Of a stretch of DNA of 64,000 bases, positions 28,859-38,566 are shown piece by piece. Position 1 is the stretch's first letter, and each line of letters starts with the position of its first letter. A program made the translations under genes and the position numbers. The notes below the pieces were generated by a model. The model made no database searches and was not told the origin of the DNA. It saw only the letters and a list, made by a program, of their open reading frames with translations. This DNA comes from Nitrosopumilus sp. (GTDB taxonomy: Archaea; Thermoproteota; Nitrososphaeria; Nitrososphaerales; Nitrosopumilaceae): assembly GCA_965218695.1 (NCBI GenBank), contig OZ244651.1, forward strand, positions 128,001 through 192,000, in the 5' to 3' direction.

Positions 28859-29812
28859 CTACCCAAAGTGATCCCATCCTGAATCATTCAGACGGCTCAT
28901 ATCCTTGCCACGACTCACAAACACGTCATACCCATCCGTAACATGCCCGATCTGGATGACGGGCGTCTTGTACCGTGCCGCGTTGCCCATGATCGCCTCC
29001 ATGTGGTTCTGAGGTGCAGTAAACACAAACTCGTACTCCTCACCTCCCTCAAAGACCAGCGCATCCAGGTCAAGCCCCAGAGATTTCACATGCTTTTGCA
29101 GATCCCTTGTTGACGGGATATTGTCGATGACAAACCTTTTCCTGCTCTGCCTTGACATCTCGTTCAGTGTTGCAGCCAGCCCATCACTGGAGTCCATTGA
29201 TGATGAAAAATACCTGCCACTTTCCACCCCAAAGTCAAGTCGGGGTTCCGGTCGCGCAAATGATCGCATGGCCCTTCTTACGAATGTACGTCCCTCTCCC
29301 TCCTTCTTTCCTCCTCCAAGGAACATCCTCAGTCCTGCAGGCGCGTACCCAAACGGACCTGTTACAAATATCAGATCACCTGCCCTGGCTCCGTCCCTGC
29401 CGATAACGCGGCTTGCGCTGCCAAAGAGGCATACTGTAAACACCACCTCCATTCCTTCATTGGTATCCCCACCAAGAATAGATATCCCGTATTCGTCACA
29501 CGCCTTTCTCAACCCGGTCCCAATCCTGGCAACCTCCCGGGACGAGACAGTCTTTGGCATGTTGACTGAGATTATGCCGTATCTTGGCCTCACTCCCTTT
29601 GCGGCAAAATCACTCACACATGCCACCACGCTCTTTCTTGCCGCATCAGCAAGGCTCATCCCTGGGGGAATGTCCGTGCTTTGTACCATGGTGTCTGTGC
29701 TTGCAACAACTGTGACGCCCTCCAGACCAAACACCTCTACATCCTCCGGCACAAAACCATCATTGCCGAGTCTTTTCTGAATGATTCTGATTATCTCAGA
29801 CTCATCTGGCAT
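28859..29812 (-). CDS. thiL: Thiamine-phosphate kinase
   Basis: SDFAAKG..P, GGDT, DSSDGL, GGEEYEFVFT. Confidence 0.93.
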   Translation of the reverse strand: MPDESEIIRIIQKRLGNDGFVPEDVEVFGLEGVTVVASTDTMVQSTDIPPGMSLADAARKSVVACVSDFAAKGVRPRYGIISVNMPKTVSSREVARIGTGLRKACDEYGISILGGDTNEGMEVVFTVCLFGSASRVIGRDGARAGDLIFVTGPFGYAPAGLRMFLGGGKKEGEGRTFVRRAMRSFARPEPRLDFGVESGRYFSSSMDSSDGLAATLNEMSRQSRKRFVIDNIPSTRDLQKHVKSLGLDLDALVFEGGEEYEFVFTAPQNHMEAIMGNAARYKTPVIQIGHVTDGYDVFVSRGKDMSRLNDSGWDHFG

Positions 29813-31088
29813 TGTCGCAGCCCCTTTTTACCCGATGTCTCATATCGTTGATAATCCTCCCGCACCGTTCATCGCTGTCCGACTCTGCTGATATCCTGAT
29901 GATGTCCTCTGTGTTGGATTTTCTTACAAGCACCCAGCTCTTCTCGTCAATTATCCCCTTGATTCCGTCCTGCATGTCCGTCTCAGAATACTCTGCTGGG
30001 AGCATCGCCTCCAGGCCTCCAATGACACTGTCATGAATCTCCGATGGAACCGCTATCTTTTCCCTCATCTGGGTATATCCTTCCATGAAACCCAGGACCT
30101 CGTCAAATCCCGAATCCCCAAGCATGGACGATATCAGGCCGCTGGCAAGCATTCCGTCCCGGCAGTAGTTGAACTCCGGCAGGATGAAACCGCCGCTGCT
30201 TCCCTCTCCTCCTGCCTGCGCCTTGCATTCCAGCATGTGCTCCACCACGTTTGCCTCCCCCACCTTGGATCTGAGAACCATCCCGCCCCGCTCCCTGATG
30301 AACCTCTCAATTGATACGCTTGTATCCACACTCAGGACAAACCTCCTGTATCCCATCTCCAGGGCCCATGCCACCCCGAGTCCAAGTGTCACATCAGGGG
30401 CCTGTTTCCTTCCGTCTCTTACTACGACTAACCTGTCGCCGTCCAGATCAAATGCAAATCCTGTTCTACCCCCGGCAGTAGCCGACACCAGTCCTGACAG
30501 ATCATCTGATGTGGGATCCGGCCCCCTCGACGTACCCTCCTCGTTTATGACATACACGGAGCATCCTATCCTCCTTAGAAGATCCGGCGCAACCCATCTG
30601 GCAGCACCACCGCCTACGTCCACTACCACCTCGGGACGGACTCCAGCCTCTCCTATGAGCCCCGCAGCATCACTGGCATAAGACGACGCGATGTCCTGCT
30701 CGACTCCGATCCTAGTTGACTGCACCTCTTGGTGTTTGATTATCTGTGGCAGCTCCTGCTCGTTTATTCCTCTCCCGTTTATGATGAACTTGATTCCGTT
30801 CCATTCCAGAGGATTGTGTGATGACGAGATCACCAGCCCGGCTGATCCCCTTGCCTCCCTGAACACCACCGGGGTCGGAGCCATCCCAAGATTGTGCACG
30901 TCAATCCCATTTGCCATCAGTGCCGCACCTGCCGTATCCATCATCATGCGGCCTGACTGCCTTGTGTCCCTGCCAATAACGCACTTTGTCCCAATCATCG
31001 ATGAAAAGTTGTTGCAAAACTCCAATACGTGCCTGAGGGTCAGATCCGCCCCAAAGACTCCCCTGATTCCAGATATCGTCTTCTTCAA
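29802..31088 (-). CDS. Phosphomannomutase/phosphoglucomutase
   Basis: SGIRG, SSSHNP, FDLDGDR, GGEGSSGG, RKSNTE. Confidence 0.93.
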   Translation of the reverse strand: MKKTISGIRGVFGADLTLRHVLEFCNNFSSMIGTKCVIGRDTRQSGRMMMDTAGAALMANGIDVHNLGMAPTPVVFREARGSAGLVISSSHNPLEWNGIKFIINGRGINEQELPQIIKHQEVQSTRIGVEQDIASSYASDAAGLIGEAGVRPEVVVDVGGGAARWVAPDLLRRIGCSVYVINEEGTSRGPDPTSDDLSGLVSATAGGRTGFAFDLDGDRLVVVRDGRKQAPDVTLGLGVAWALEMGYRRFVLSVDTSVSIERFIRERGGMVLRSKVGEANVVEHMLECKAQAGGEGSSGGFILPEFNYCRDGMLASGLISSMLGDSGFDEVLGFMEGYTQMREKIAVPSEIHDSVIGGLEAMLPAEYSETDMQDGIKGIIDEKSWVLVRKSNTEDIIRISAESDSDERCGRIINDMRHRVKRGCDNAR

Positions 31089-31141
31089 TCAAACCAATTC
31101 GGAAAGACTTTTTATTAACTCTGATGAATTCATCCAATCGT

Positions 31142-31215
31142 GCCTTGGTAGCTCAGCCTGGTAGAGCGAACGCCTCGTAAGCGTTAGGTCGCGGGTTCAG
31201 ATCCCGTCCGAGGCT
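31142..31215 (+). tRNA. tRNA-Thr(CGT)
   Basis: Cloverleaf GCCTTGG...AACGC-CTCGTAA-GCGTT...GGTTCAGATCC...CCGAGGCT. Confidence 0.93.
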
Positions 31216-31455
31216 TTCTTCTGTATTCTGATGTCCATCTTTGTGCATGCCACATCCGGCGGTGCAGATTGATGCGTTTCTGTCAGATCCGGACAGAATG
31301 CACGTTTGCTAAGAGTAATTGGACATTATCTGAACTAATCATGACTGCCTGCTGAATACAATTATGTACTCTGATACTATTTTTAAAATGCGTTTTTGCA
31401 CATTTATCATACCCATACCAGCGGTATGCAAAACCTCTAAAACTCCCCAAAACCA

Positions 31456-32037
31456 GTGACATGTGAAATCTCTTTGACGCTGTTACAAAACGCCGAACTG
31501 TTTGCCCGGACGAAACATGCCGGAATGCTCAAAAAAGACGGCATTACCACACACTCAAGGCATCTTGAGGATGTGGTAAACAGGTTGAAAAGTCTGGGCG
31601 TAATAGACGAGGAAGTGCTATGTGCAGGATGGCTTCATGATACCCTGGAGGACACTAATACCAGCTTTGACGATCTGTTTGAACAGTTTGGAAGCAGGAT
31701 TGCAGTGATTGTTTCATATCTGACAAAGGATATGTCCCTGCCCAGAAAATCGAGGGTGCAGGCATATGTCCGGCAGCTTGAAGGTGCGTCATATGACGCC
31801 AAACTAATCAAGCTGTGCGACATCTCGGCAAATCTGAGTGCCCTGAAGCGCTGGAACTGCTCAAAGTCACGAAAGATGCGTACAATAAGGCATGTCAGAC
31901 GCTACGCAGGCGCAATCCGGGACGACTTGGCCTCCTCCTGTCAGGACTATCCAGGGGTACCTGCAATGCTTGAAGGCATCAACCAGACATTCAGGCAGTT
32001 CAATCAAAGGGCAGTTCTACAACACCCTGCCTCATGA
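31456..32037 (+). CDS. HD-domain hydrolase (Mesh1/SpoT-hydrolase-like)
   Basis: FA..KHAG, H...V, LHDTLEDT, KLIKLCD..N. Confidence 0.85.
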   Translation: MTCEISLTLLQNAELFARTKHAGMLKKDGITTHSRHLEDVVNRLKSLGVIDEEVLCAGWLHDTLEDTNTSFDDLFEQFGSRIAVIVSYLTKDMSLPRKSRVQAYVRQLEGASYDAKLIKLCDISANLSALKRWNCSKSRKMRTIRHVRRYAGAIRDDLASSCQDYPGVPAMLEGINQTFRQFNQRAVLQHPAS

Positions 32038-32497
32038 TTGACATGACTGCACTGGCCATCCAGTGATCTTCAAAGTCAGGACAAACCTCTGTGCATCATT
32101 GGTGCCGAACCCGAGCCGTCTGGTGAAACTCATACGGCGGGTTGGAATTTTGTGACCTGTATCTGAACGCGTATACCAATATGGATAACGTGTGGAATGC
32201 ATCTCTGAATTTCTGCGGAATGTGTCTATCTGGAGTAACTGTGAGCATTTATTGAGACTCGATGTCTATCTCCAGCTCTTCTGCCAGACCCTTCCACCAT
32301 TGCTCAGCCGCCTCATCCATTATTATTCAATAAATGCCGTGCTCCTTTATAGATCTGTCGATTCTCATGCGTGGCGCAGTCACGTCCGTCATCTGTTCGG
32401 ATACAGATCCTGTGATCATTGGACGTTGCCTGGCGTGACATGCCTCTGCGTATGGTGGGCAGACAGTTCGGATGTGTCCTGTGCGGGCCTGAACGCT

Positions 32498-32686
32498 TCA
32501 AGAACTCTTCTTCATCTTTCTGTATATGATTATCATGAGAGTGCCCCCGGCACATGCCCAGAACAACGGGGACAGTCCAGGCCCTACAGACGGCTGGAAC
32601 ACGCCCACGAAACTCAGTGACATCACAACCACTAGAACCAGTCCCACAACCTCCAATATCCTTATCAATATCTTCCCACCCTCCAT
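32498..32686 (-). CDS. Small 2-TM membrane protein (tentative)
   Basis: Two hydrophobic stretches with a basic C-tail; divergent from 32731. Confidence 0.5.
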   Translation of the reverse strand: MEGGKILIRILEVVGLVLVVVMSLSFVGVFQPSVGPGLSPLFWACAGGTLMIIIYRKMKKSS

Positions 32687-32730
32687 CTGGAAATCAAAAA
32701 GATATATGGTTTTGTACATACCTCTAACCT

Positions 32731-32949
32731 GTGGATAAGTACCTTATAGTGATCATGGCATTCATGGTGGTCAGCATACCAATCGCCTTCATATCGCCTA
32801 CCACAGGTGAGCTCAGGGAGGAGCCCCTGTTCCTGTTGTTCTATGCTGCAATCGCCGGAATGTCAATCATCATAGTCTACAGTTCCTACAAGGATCGGAA
32901 GGTTCGCCAGAGGGAGAACAGAAGACGGCGATCAAAAAAACGTGATTAG
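32731..32949 (+). CDS. Small 2-TM membrane protein
   Basis: Two TM segments and an Arg-rich tail. Confidence 0.75.
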   Translation: MDKYLIVIMAFMVVSIPIAFISPTTGELREEPLFLLFYAAIAGMSIIIVYSSYKDRKVRQRENRRRRSKKRD

Positions 32950-33028
32950 GATAAGACCATGCCGGACTCGTTGTGTAACGTCTGGACAGGGTGATCCATG
33001 GGAAGCAAAAAAGATTAAAAAAATATGA

Positions 33029-33310
33029 CTAGACATCCATGCCAAAAGACTCGGCTATGCTGGAGAATCTTGCATAAGACTCCAGATACTGCCTGCCTCT
33101 CGGTGTAATAACAAATGTGTTCTTGCCGTCAAACTCTATCTTGTTGATGAGTCCTGCGCCGGTAAGGTTTGCCATAAATTTGGATAGTCTTGAATGGGAG
33201 ATGTTTGCCTTGGTTAGAAGGGACGTTGTCTTGATTCCCTCCTGCCCGAACTCCTCGGTGGCCTTTAACAGATCCGCCACGATATGCATACTTGTTCTAT
33301 ATGTAGTCAT
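33029..33310 (-). CDS. Winged helix-turn-helix protein
   Basis: YRTSMHIVADLL...TSLLTKAN..HSRL...L..AGLI...ITPRG..YL. Confidence 0.88.
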   Translation of the reverse strand: MTTYRTSMHIVADLLKATEEFGQEGIKTTSLLTKANISHSRLSKFMANLTGAGLINKIEFDGKNTFVITPRGRQYLESYARFSSIAESFGMDV

Positions 33311-33536
33311 GTCAACGTAACTAGCTTGTACTATTATATATAGATGCAACCGCATCTGCCCCGCCCCTTCAGGCATGACTCTGCTTGGTTGGTTCGCCAT
33401 GCAGTCCTGCACCACGTGCGTACATGCCCAAGATCTGTCTGGGCATAAGCAGTGTGGTTGTGTAGCCGTTTATGCCTGCCTCCTACTGGTTTTACCTTCC
33501 CACAAGATAAATAAGATTCAGTCTGTTCATCATCTA

Positions 33537-34121
33537 ATGCGTCCAAATTCGCCCATTCGGTGGTTTGATGATTTTGTAGGAGTGGCCTACAGGTATTACG
33601 ATCTCCGAATGAATGTCGTTCCGCTGTTCTCTGAACGCAAACCTGCCATTGATCTCTGGCATGAGACCATCCACTGGTGGGTAAATGCGTCCATTCGAAT
33701 CCGGTTTGTCGATGTAGGCAAAATGTACTGGTTTGTCATGGGTTCAGAGTCCCAGAGACCTGCAACAAACGTGTCATTCTTCAAACTTCTCCCAAAATCC
33801 GACCACTATGAGCGGTTCAGACGCGGTCATGATGGGGAGGCATATATCCGGCTGGGGGTGTATGCAAAGCACTCCCTTGACGATGCCAAAAAGGACGAGG
33901 AATGCAAGTGCGGTCACGAGGCACAGGACCATGACGAGGGGGATGATGACGTGTGCCTGTTCAACGAGTGTGACTGTAAAAAGTTTTCCAGCTTTCAGGT
34001 TACCCTTCTCAAGAGAACAAAGACAGTCACTGACATTGCGTTTCTGGATGAGAAGGACGTAAAGGATGATCCGCTTGCATGGAACTGCCTTAACGTACAC
34101 AAGTATTCCAAAGAGAACTAG
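33537..34121 (+). CDS. Conserved hypothetical protein with Cys/His metal-binding motif
   Basis: CKCGH...H......C....C.C motif. Confidence 0.8.
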   Translation: MRPNSPIRWFDDFVGVAYRYYDLRMNVVPLFSERKPAIDLWHETIHWWVNASIRIRFVDVGKMYWFVMGSESQRPATNVSFFKLLPKSDHYERFRRGHDGEAYIRLGVYAKHSLDDAKKDEECKCGHEAQDHDEGDDDVCLFNECDCKKFSSFQVTLLKRTKTVTDIAFLDEKDVKDDPLAWNCLNVHKYSKEN

Positions 34122-34285
34122 TCAAGATCCTTGTTTACCCGGACATGATCTCCGGGATAGTAATCGCTGAGTCTTTTTGAGTAACAGTCCCCGCATATAG
34201 TCCCGCTTATTCCCCATTCCTTCATGGGGGTGTAGCGCAACATGACCTTCCCGCCACACGCAACACACGTCCCCTTTGAGCCCAA
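34118..34285 (-). CDS. Small Zn-finger protein (55 aa, below ORF-track cutoff)
   Basis: TTG start; MGSKGTCVACGG...PMKEWGISGTICGDCYSKRLSDYYPGDHVRVNKDLD. Confidence 0.7.
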   Translation of the reverse strand: MGSKGTCVACGGKVMLRYTPMKEWGISGTICGDCYSKRLSDYYPGDHVRVNKDLD

Positions 34286-34331
34286 ACTGCATCTGCTTTA
34301 TGCCATTTGTATAAAAAACATTCCATATGGT

Positions 34332-35623
34332 CAGTTAAGTCAAATGTGCGCCCCAACTACGGAGGCGGTTCAGGCTCCGGTTTGATCTCGAACATGGCCA
34401 TCATCAAGGTCTCCAAAAATGTGATCTGTGCAATGACTGGCTCGCCGTCCCATCGGGATTGTGCCAACTCGACGTTTGCGCACACCCACATGTTGTACAT
34501 GAGCAGCGCGTACGCAAAGTAAATCGTCCTGGGGGCCACGCCGGCGCTCGAGGTCTTTATCCGGGTATTTTCGATCATCCGGTATCCGGTCTCTATCCCC
34601 CAGCGCATGGCGTACTTTTCAACGTCAAGCCAGGGGGCGTTCGTGGCAAACATGATGAATTTTTCTTCAGGCTTTAGATCCTTCTTTTCTTTCTTCTTTT
34701 TGCTGATTCTCTTTCTTGGGACGATGATTCCATAGTATGACGCGCTGATCTTGTCGGGGTTGGAGATGCTCATCTTGGATACCTTTTTGGATCCGGTGGA
34801 TGCATGGTGTGCCAGAGCCTTCTTGATGGGACCTGTGTTGATGCACGGAATCAGGTACCGCACTCCCGTGGAGTCAAGCGTCCTGATCACGTCCGTGGAG
34901 TAAAACTCGCGGTCAAGCAAGAACAGTCTGGGGTTTACGCCTGCATGCCTGACTTGTTCGATGATTTTACGCACGAAAACTGCATTCAAGGAGTGCTGCG
35001 TCATGTTCAGGACCGCAAGGTTCAGCCGCGAGCCCGCGTTGACGCATTGGGCCGTGATGTACGTCTCAAACACGTTCGTGCCACCCTTGCGCTTGCTGCG
35101 CACCAGCTTGTTCTCCCATTTTTTGTCGTACCGCGGTATGAGGTGCTTGTCTATTGCCACGACGGGTCTTTTTGGGAACCTTCCTGCTGCCCTGATCGAG
35201 GCGACCTGCCCGGATATGATCGTGCCGATGCATCCTTCCGCGAGACCAGTCTCTACGTTCTTTGTGCGTTGCCTGAACCACTCTGCAGTCGGCATGCGGG
35301 GGTTCCGTGCAGAAGTCGCCATCCTCGACTCCCGGATGGCTGTTACGACCGACGTCAGGTTGGAGCCGGTCATCACCGCCTTTATCATCATCTTGTGGAA
35401 TATTTCGGGATCGTAGACGGTGTTGTACCTGTCCGAAAAACTGATGCACGACAGGCCCCCCAGCATGGCCACGTAGATACGTGAATATATGGAAACATTG
35501 TGTCCAATGTTGCGTTTCAGGTGGCGTTTGTTTGGTCGCAATATGTCATCTGGAACGCACTTTCATAGATCTGTTTCGGTTCCAGCCTAATCGGGTTCAT
35601 TTGGTGCACATTTGACTTAACTG
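34332..35623 (-). mobile_element. ISH3 family (IS4-like) element
   Basis: Perfect 18-bp TIR CAGTTAAGTCAAATGTGC. 5-bp TSD ATGGT at 34327-34331 and 35624-35628. Confidence 0.92.
34357..35541 (-). CDS. ISH3/IS4-like DDE transposase
   Basis: VAIDKH..PRY, LLDREFYS, FATN, Y..RWGIETGYR. Confidence 0.92.
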   Translation of the reverse strand: MRPNKRHLKRNIGHNVSIYSRIYVAMLGGLSCISFSDRYNTVYDPEIFHKMMIKAVMTGSNLTSVVTAIRESRMATSARNPRMPTAEWFRQRTKNVETGLAEGCIGTIISGQVASIRAAGRFPKRPVVAIDKHLIPRYDKKWENKLVRSKRKGGTNVFETYITAQCVNAGSRLNLAVLNMTQHSLNAVFVRKIIEQVRHAGVNPRLFLLDREFYSTDVIRTLDSTGVRYLIPCINTGPIKKALAHHASTGSKKVSKMSISNPDKISASYYGIIVPRKRISKKKKEKKDLKPEEKFIMFATNAPWLDVEKYAMRWGIETGYRMIENTRIKTSSAGVAPRTIYFAYALLMYNMWVCANVELAQSRWDGEPVIAQITFLETLMMAMFEIKPEPEPPP

Positions 35624-35666
35624 ATGGTTTGTAAAGCCATAATAGTTGAGAATGACAGTATCCACC

Positions 35667-35876
35667 ATGAGGATAAAATGTCCCAAATGTCATGAACCTG
35701 CCGAACTTACAGGTGATTTCTCCTCTGTACGCTGTACATCCTGCGATCTGGATATGAGCTATGGCGAGTATGTCAAGTACATTGCACACAACGAACCCGC
35801 ATACTCAGACATCCTTGGTGACTATGCAGGCAGCACGGAGGGACAGACTTCAGGATCCCTTGACGAGTGGGATTGA
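35667..35876 (+). CDS. Small Zn-ribbon protein
   Basis: CPKC...CTSC with an acidic tail. Confidence 0.75.
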   Translation: MRIKCPKCHEPAELTGDFSSVRCTSCDLDMSYGEYVKYIAHNEPAYSDILGDYAGSTEGQTSGSLDEWD

Positions 35877-35923
35877 GGATCCGCTTCATCAGATTAAAAT
35901 AATTTGGATGATCCTACACATCA

Positions 35924-36565
35924 TTGGAGTTTTTACTGGTAAACATACTCAACCTCATCGGATTTCTGGTTGGTCTTGGCATAGGAATCGTGTTCCTGAT
36001 GGGATTCAGAAGTACTGGAAGCCCCACACTGTTCAGGCTTACAATCGCATTTCTATCCATCGGCATAGGATTCCTTGTCATATGGGCCGGATATCTGGTG
36101 GACGATCTTGTAACGAAGAACGGCTACATTGAGAGATGGGTTCAGACATTGGGAACGGGAATTCAAACGGTGGGATACTTTTTCATAGCGTTCTCGCACA
36201 GCATAAAATCATTTTCCCCAAAGTCAAACTACTTTAGATCGGTGGGCATTCTTCCGCTGTTTCTGGTATCGTCTGTCCAGCTGGAGCACATATTCCGTTC
36301 CGTCTCGTTTATCCTGCTGGCATATGGGGCCATTGAGACCATACTGTCATATATTGACAACAGAAACAAGGGAACGATCTCCGTGGCTGCAGGCCTGGCA
36401 CTTTTGGCACTGGGCGAATTTCTGGGGTGGTACTCGTTCGTATTCCCAGAGTCGATCCTGTATCCTGTATCCGTAATAATCAAGATATGTGGCCTGGTAG
36501 CGCTGTTCATTCCGGTAAGCAGGGCACTGCTGACTCGGATAAAGTTTAGTGGCCTGCCTGAATGA
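35924..36565 (+). CDS. Multi-pass (about 7 TM) membrane protein
   Basis: Hydrophobic pattern; lies next to a wHTH regulator. Confidence 0.8.
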   Translation: MEFLLVNILNLIGFLVGLGIGIVFLMGFRSTGSPTLFRLTIAFLSIGIGFLVIWAGYLVDDLVTKNGYIERWVQTLGTGIQTVGYFFIAFSHSIKSFSPKSNYFRSVGILPLFLVSSVQLEHIFRSVSFILLAYGAIETILSYIDNRNKGTISVAAGLALLALGEFLGWYSFVFPESILYPVSVIIKICGLVALFIPVSRALLTRIKFSGLPE

Positions 36566-36741
36566 CCATGCCGGCATAACCAATGAGTGGTTTCATGCGT
36601 GCCATCCATTCGGAGATGAATCCGTATGCCTCTTGCAATTACCTGACTTGGCCGGTTATTCCGTGCTTGTCAAGATCTTTTATCTTTTTGGTATATTGAA
36701 AAATATTCTACACTATCATATGGGTTTTGTAATACTGCGGT

Positions 36742-37017
36742 ATGGCGGGGTATCGGACACACATCAAGATTGTGGGTGACATACTGACAACTGCCCGGGA
36801 TGAGGACGGATCCACCGTTACCCATCTGATAAGAACTGCAAACATACCACATTCCAGAATCTCAGGAATCCTGCAGATTCTGGTATCGCATGGACTCTTA
36901 GAGGTAACGCAGACTGGGGGTTCCAACATGTTTATGATAAGCAGGTCCGGGAGGGAGTTTCTCCAGGCGTACTATGAGTTTGTAGACTTTGTAGATCACT
37001 TTGGGCTTAACATCTAG
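36742..37017 (+). CDS. Winged helix-turn-helix protein (paralog of 33029-33310)
   Basis: YRTHIKIVGDIL...LIRTANIPHSRI...ISRSGREFL. Confidence 0.85.
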   Translation: MAGYRTHIKIVGDILTTARDEDGSTVTHLIRTANIPHSRISGILQILVSHGLLEVTQTGGSNMFMISRSGREFLQAYYEFVDFVDHFGLNI

Positions 37018-37082
37018 TCAAACTCGCCGTCTTCAAAGTCGTCTTCAAAGTCAGTATCCCAGGATTCAAGGGGTTCGGACAT
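37014..37082 (-). CDS. Putative 22-aa acidic micropeptide
   Basis: MSEPLESWDTDFEDDFEDGEFD; its stop overlaps the convergent gene's stop (CTAG). Confidence 0.45.
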   Translation of the reverse strand: MSEPLESWDTDFEDDFEDGEFD

Positions 37083-37116
37083 ACTCGGAGGGAAATCCGA
37101 TCCCGTTAAAAGTCTA

Positions 37117-37389
37117 TAGCTAAAATCACAAGTCCGTGCGTTTTTACACCACTTTTTACAAAAACAAATCCTAATTACCGGCATGATCGTTGGCAAAGGC
37201 ATCATTGCAGATGTCGAGGTCGTCACAAGGCGCGAGGATCACGGTTCGAGTCGTTCTGTAAAGTACAGCTTGACAAGTCGGCTTGAACCCGACAACAACA
37301 ACGACACAAGAAGGTCTGACAGAGCACCGGAAAGAGCATCAGGACAAGATACAGAGAAATCTGTCTGCACGAATTTTTGCTCGTCGCTA
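37117..37389 (+). mobile_element. MITE derived from the TIR-bounded TnpB element (left end plus putative omegaRNA/right end)
   Basis: First about 85 bp align to 520-607 and the rest aligns to 1823-2025. Junction at microhomology GCATCA; TA on both flanks (37115-37116, 37390-37391). Confidence 0.88.
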
Positions 37390-37430
37390 TACCCAAAATG
37401 GTAATAAGCCAAGTGCTGACAGGACTGCCA

Positions 37431-38027
37431 TTGAGGGTAACTTGTAGCAGGCATGGGATACAGCAGGCGTCTGAGATTATAATGCGTGGCGGAATTGCCG
37501 TATTTCCCACGGATACGGTTTATGGAATAGGATGCAATCCGCGTAACAGGGAGTCTGTCCAAAGGATCTACAAGATAAAGTCCCGGGATCCCTCAAAACC
37601 TCTGCCCGTTCTGGCTCACTCCCGGGAAACGGCAGAAAAGATAGCCATATTTGATGATGCCAGTAGCAGGATGGCCGCAAGATTCTGGCCAGGCCCGCTG
37701 ACTCTGCTGCTGAAGGTGGCAGATGAGAGTCTGAAGACTGCATTGAACCTGGATGATAAAATTGCACTCCGTGTGCCGAATCACAGATGTACACAGGAAC
37801 TTCTCAGGATATGTGGCATGCTGGTGGGCACCAGTGCAAACGTCTCTGGACACGTACCGTTTACGAATCCTGAACACTGCCCCGAAGAGATACGAAACTG
37901 TGATGTCTTTGTGGATGGGGGGGTAGTTCAGGGCGGTGTCGAATCTACAATAGTCGAGTCAGAAAACGGAGAGATTAGAATAATCCGGGAGGGATTCTTG
38001 GACAGGGAGACGGTGTTGGGGTTATGA
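37431..38027 (+). CDS. sua5: L-threonylcarbamoyladenylate synthase (Sua5/YrdC)
   Basis: FPTDTVYGIGC, K.R...KPL, FWPGPLT, TSANVSG, STIV. Confidence 0.94.
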   Translation: MRVTCSRHGIQQASEIIMRGGIAVFPTDTVYGIGCNPRNRESVQRIYKIKSRDPSKPLPVLAHSRETAEKIAIFDDASSRMAARFWPGPLTLLLKVADESLKTALNLDDKIALRVPNHRCTQELLRICGMLVGTSANVSGHVPFTNPEHCPEEIRNCDVFVDGGVVQGGVESTIVESENGEIRIIREGFLDRETVLGL

Positions 38028-38566
38028 ACCTGATCGTCACATGCCCACGACATTACGAGCCCGACGCAGCCGATGAGATCCGGGGCATTTTAGATGTGCT
38101 TGGAGACCCGGACGCCGAGACATCGATTACCAAGATTTCCGGAATACTTACTGCCAGTACAAGTCTTGAGCCGGTGGAGACTGTGAGAAAGATCAGGGAC
38201 ATGCTTCTTGACGAGCCGTGGAGCATCAGGTACTGCATGAGGGTCATACCGATTCAGCAGACCGTTGATACCGAAATCGAGGAGATCCAGAAGGCGGTGG
38301 CAGGACTGCCAGAACAAATCTCCGACGGAGAAACATACAGAATTTCAGTCGAGAAGAGAAACACGAACATCTCCAGCAGAGACGTCATCTCAAGACTTGC
38401 AGACATGGTAAACGGTACCGTCTCTCTGGAATTCCCAGACAAGATCATTCTGGTTGAGATTCTAGGTGGCAGAACCGGGGTCTCAATACTGAAGAGCTCA
38501 GACATACTGAGTGTAGAGAAGACAAAACGCAGCATGTCAGAGCAGGACAGCAGCTCTCTCGACTAG
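38024..38566 (+). CDS. THUMP domain RNA-binding protein
   Basis: RVIPI, TYRISVEKR, VSLEFPD..ILVEILG. Confidence 0.9.
   Translation: MNLIVTCPRHYEPDAADEIRGILDVLGDPDAETSITKISGILTASTSLEPVETVRKIRDMLLDEPWSIRYCMRVIPIQQTVDTEIEEIQKAVAGLPEQISDGETYRISVEKRNTNISSRDVISRLADMVNGTVSLEFPDKIILVEILGGRTGVSILKSSDILSVEKTKRSMSEQDSSSLD

Noticed and set aside
31216-32490. Integrated element at tRNA-Thr
   Set aside because: No integrase and no duplicated tRNA 3' end (att site) in the window.
37183-37404. 73-aa ORF in the MITE (and the 75-aa ORF at 63734-63961) as real proteins
   Set aside because: They are in-frame leftovers of the tnpB start and its read-through across the RNA scaffold.
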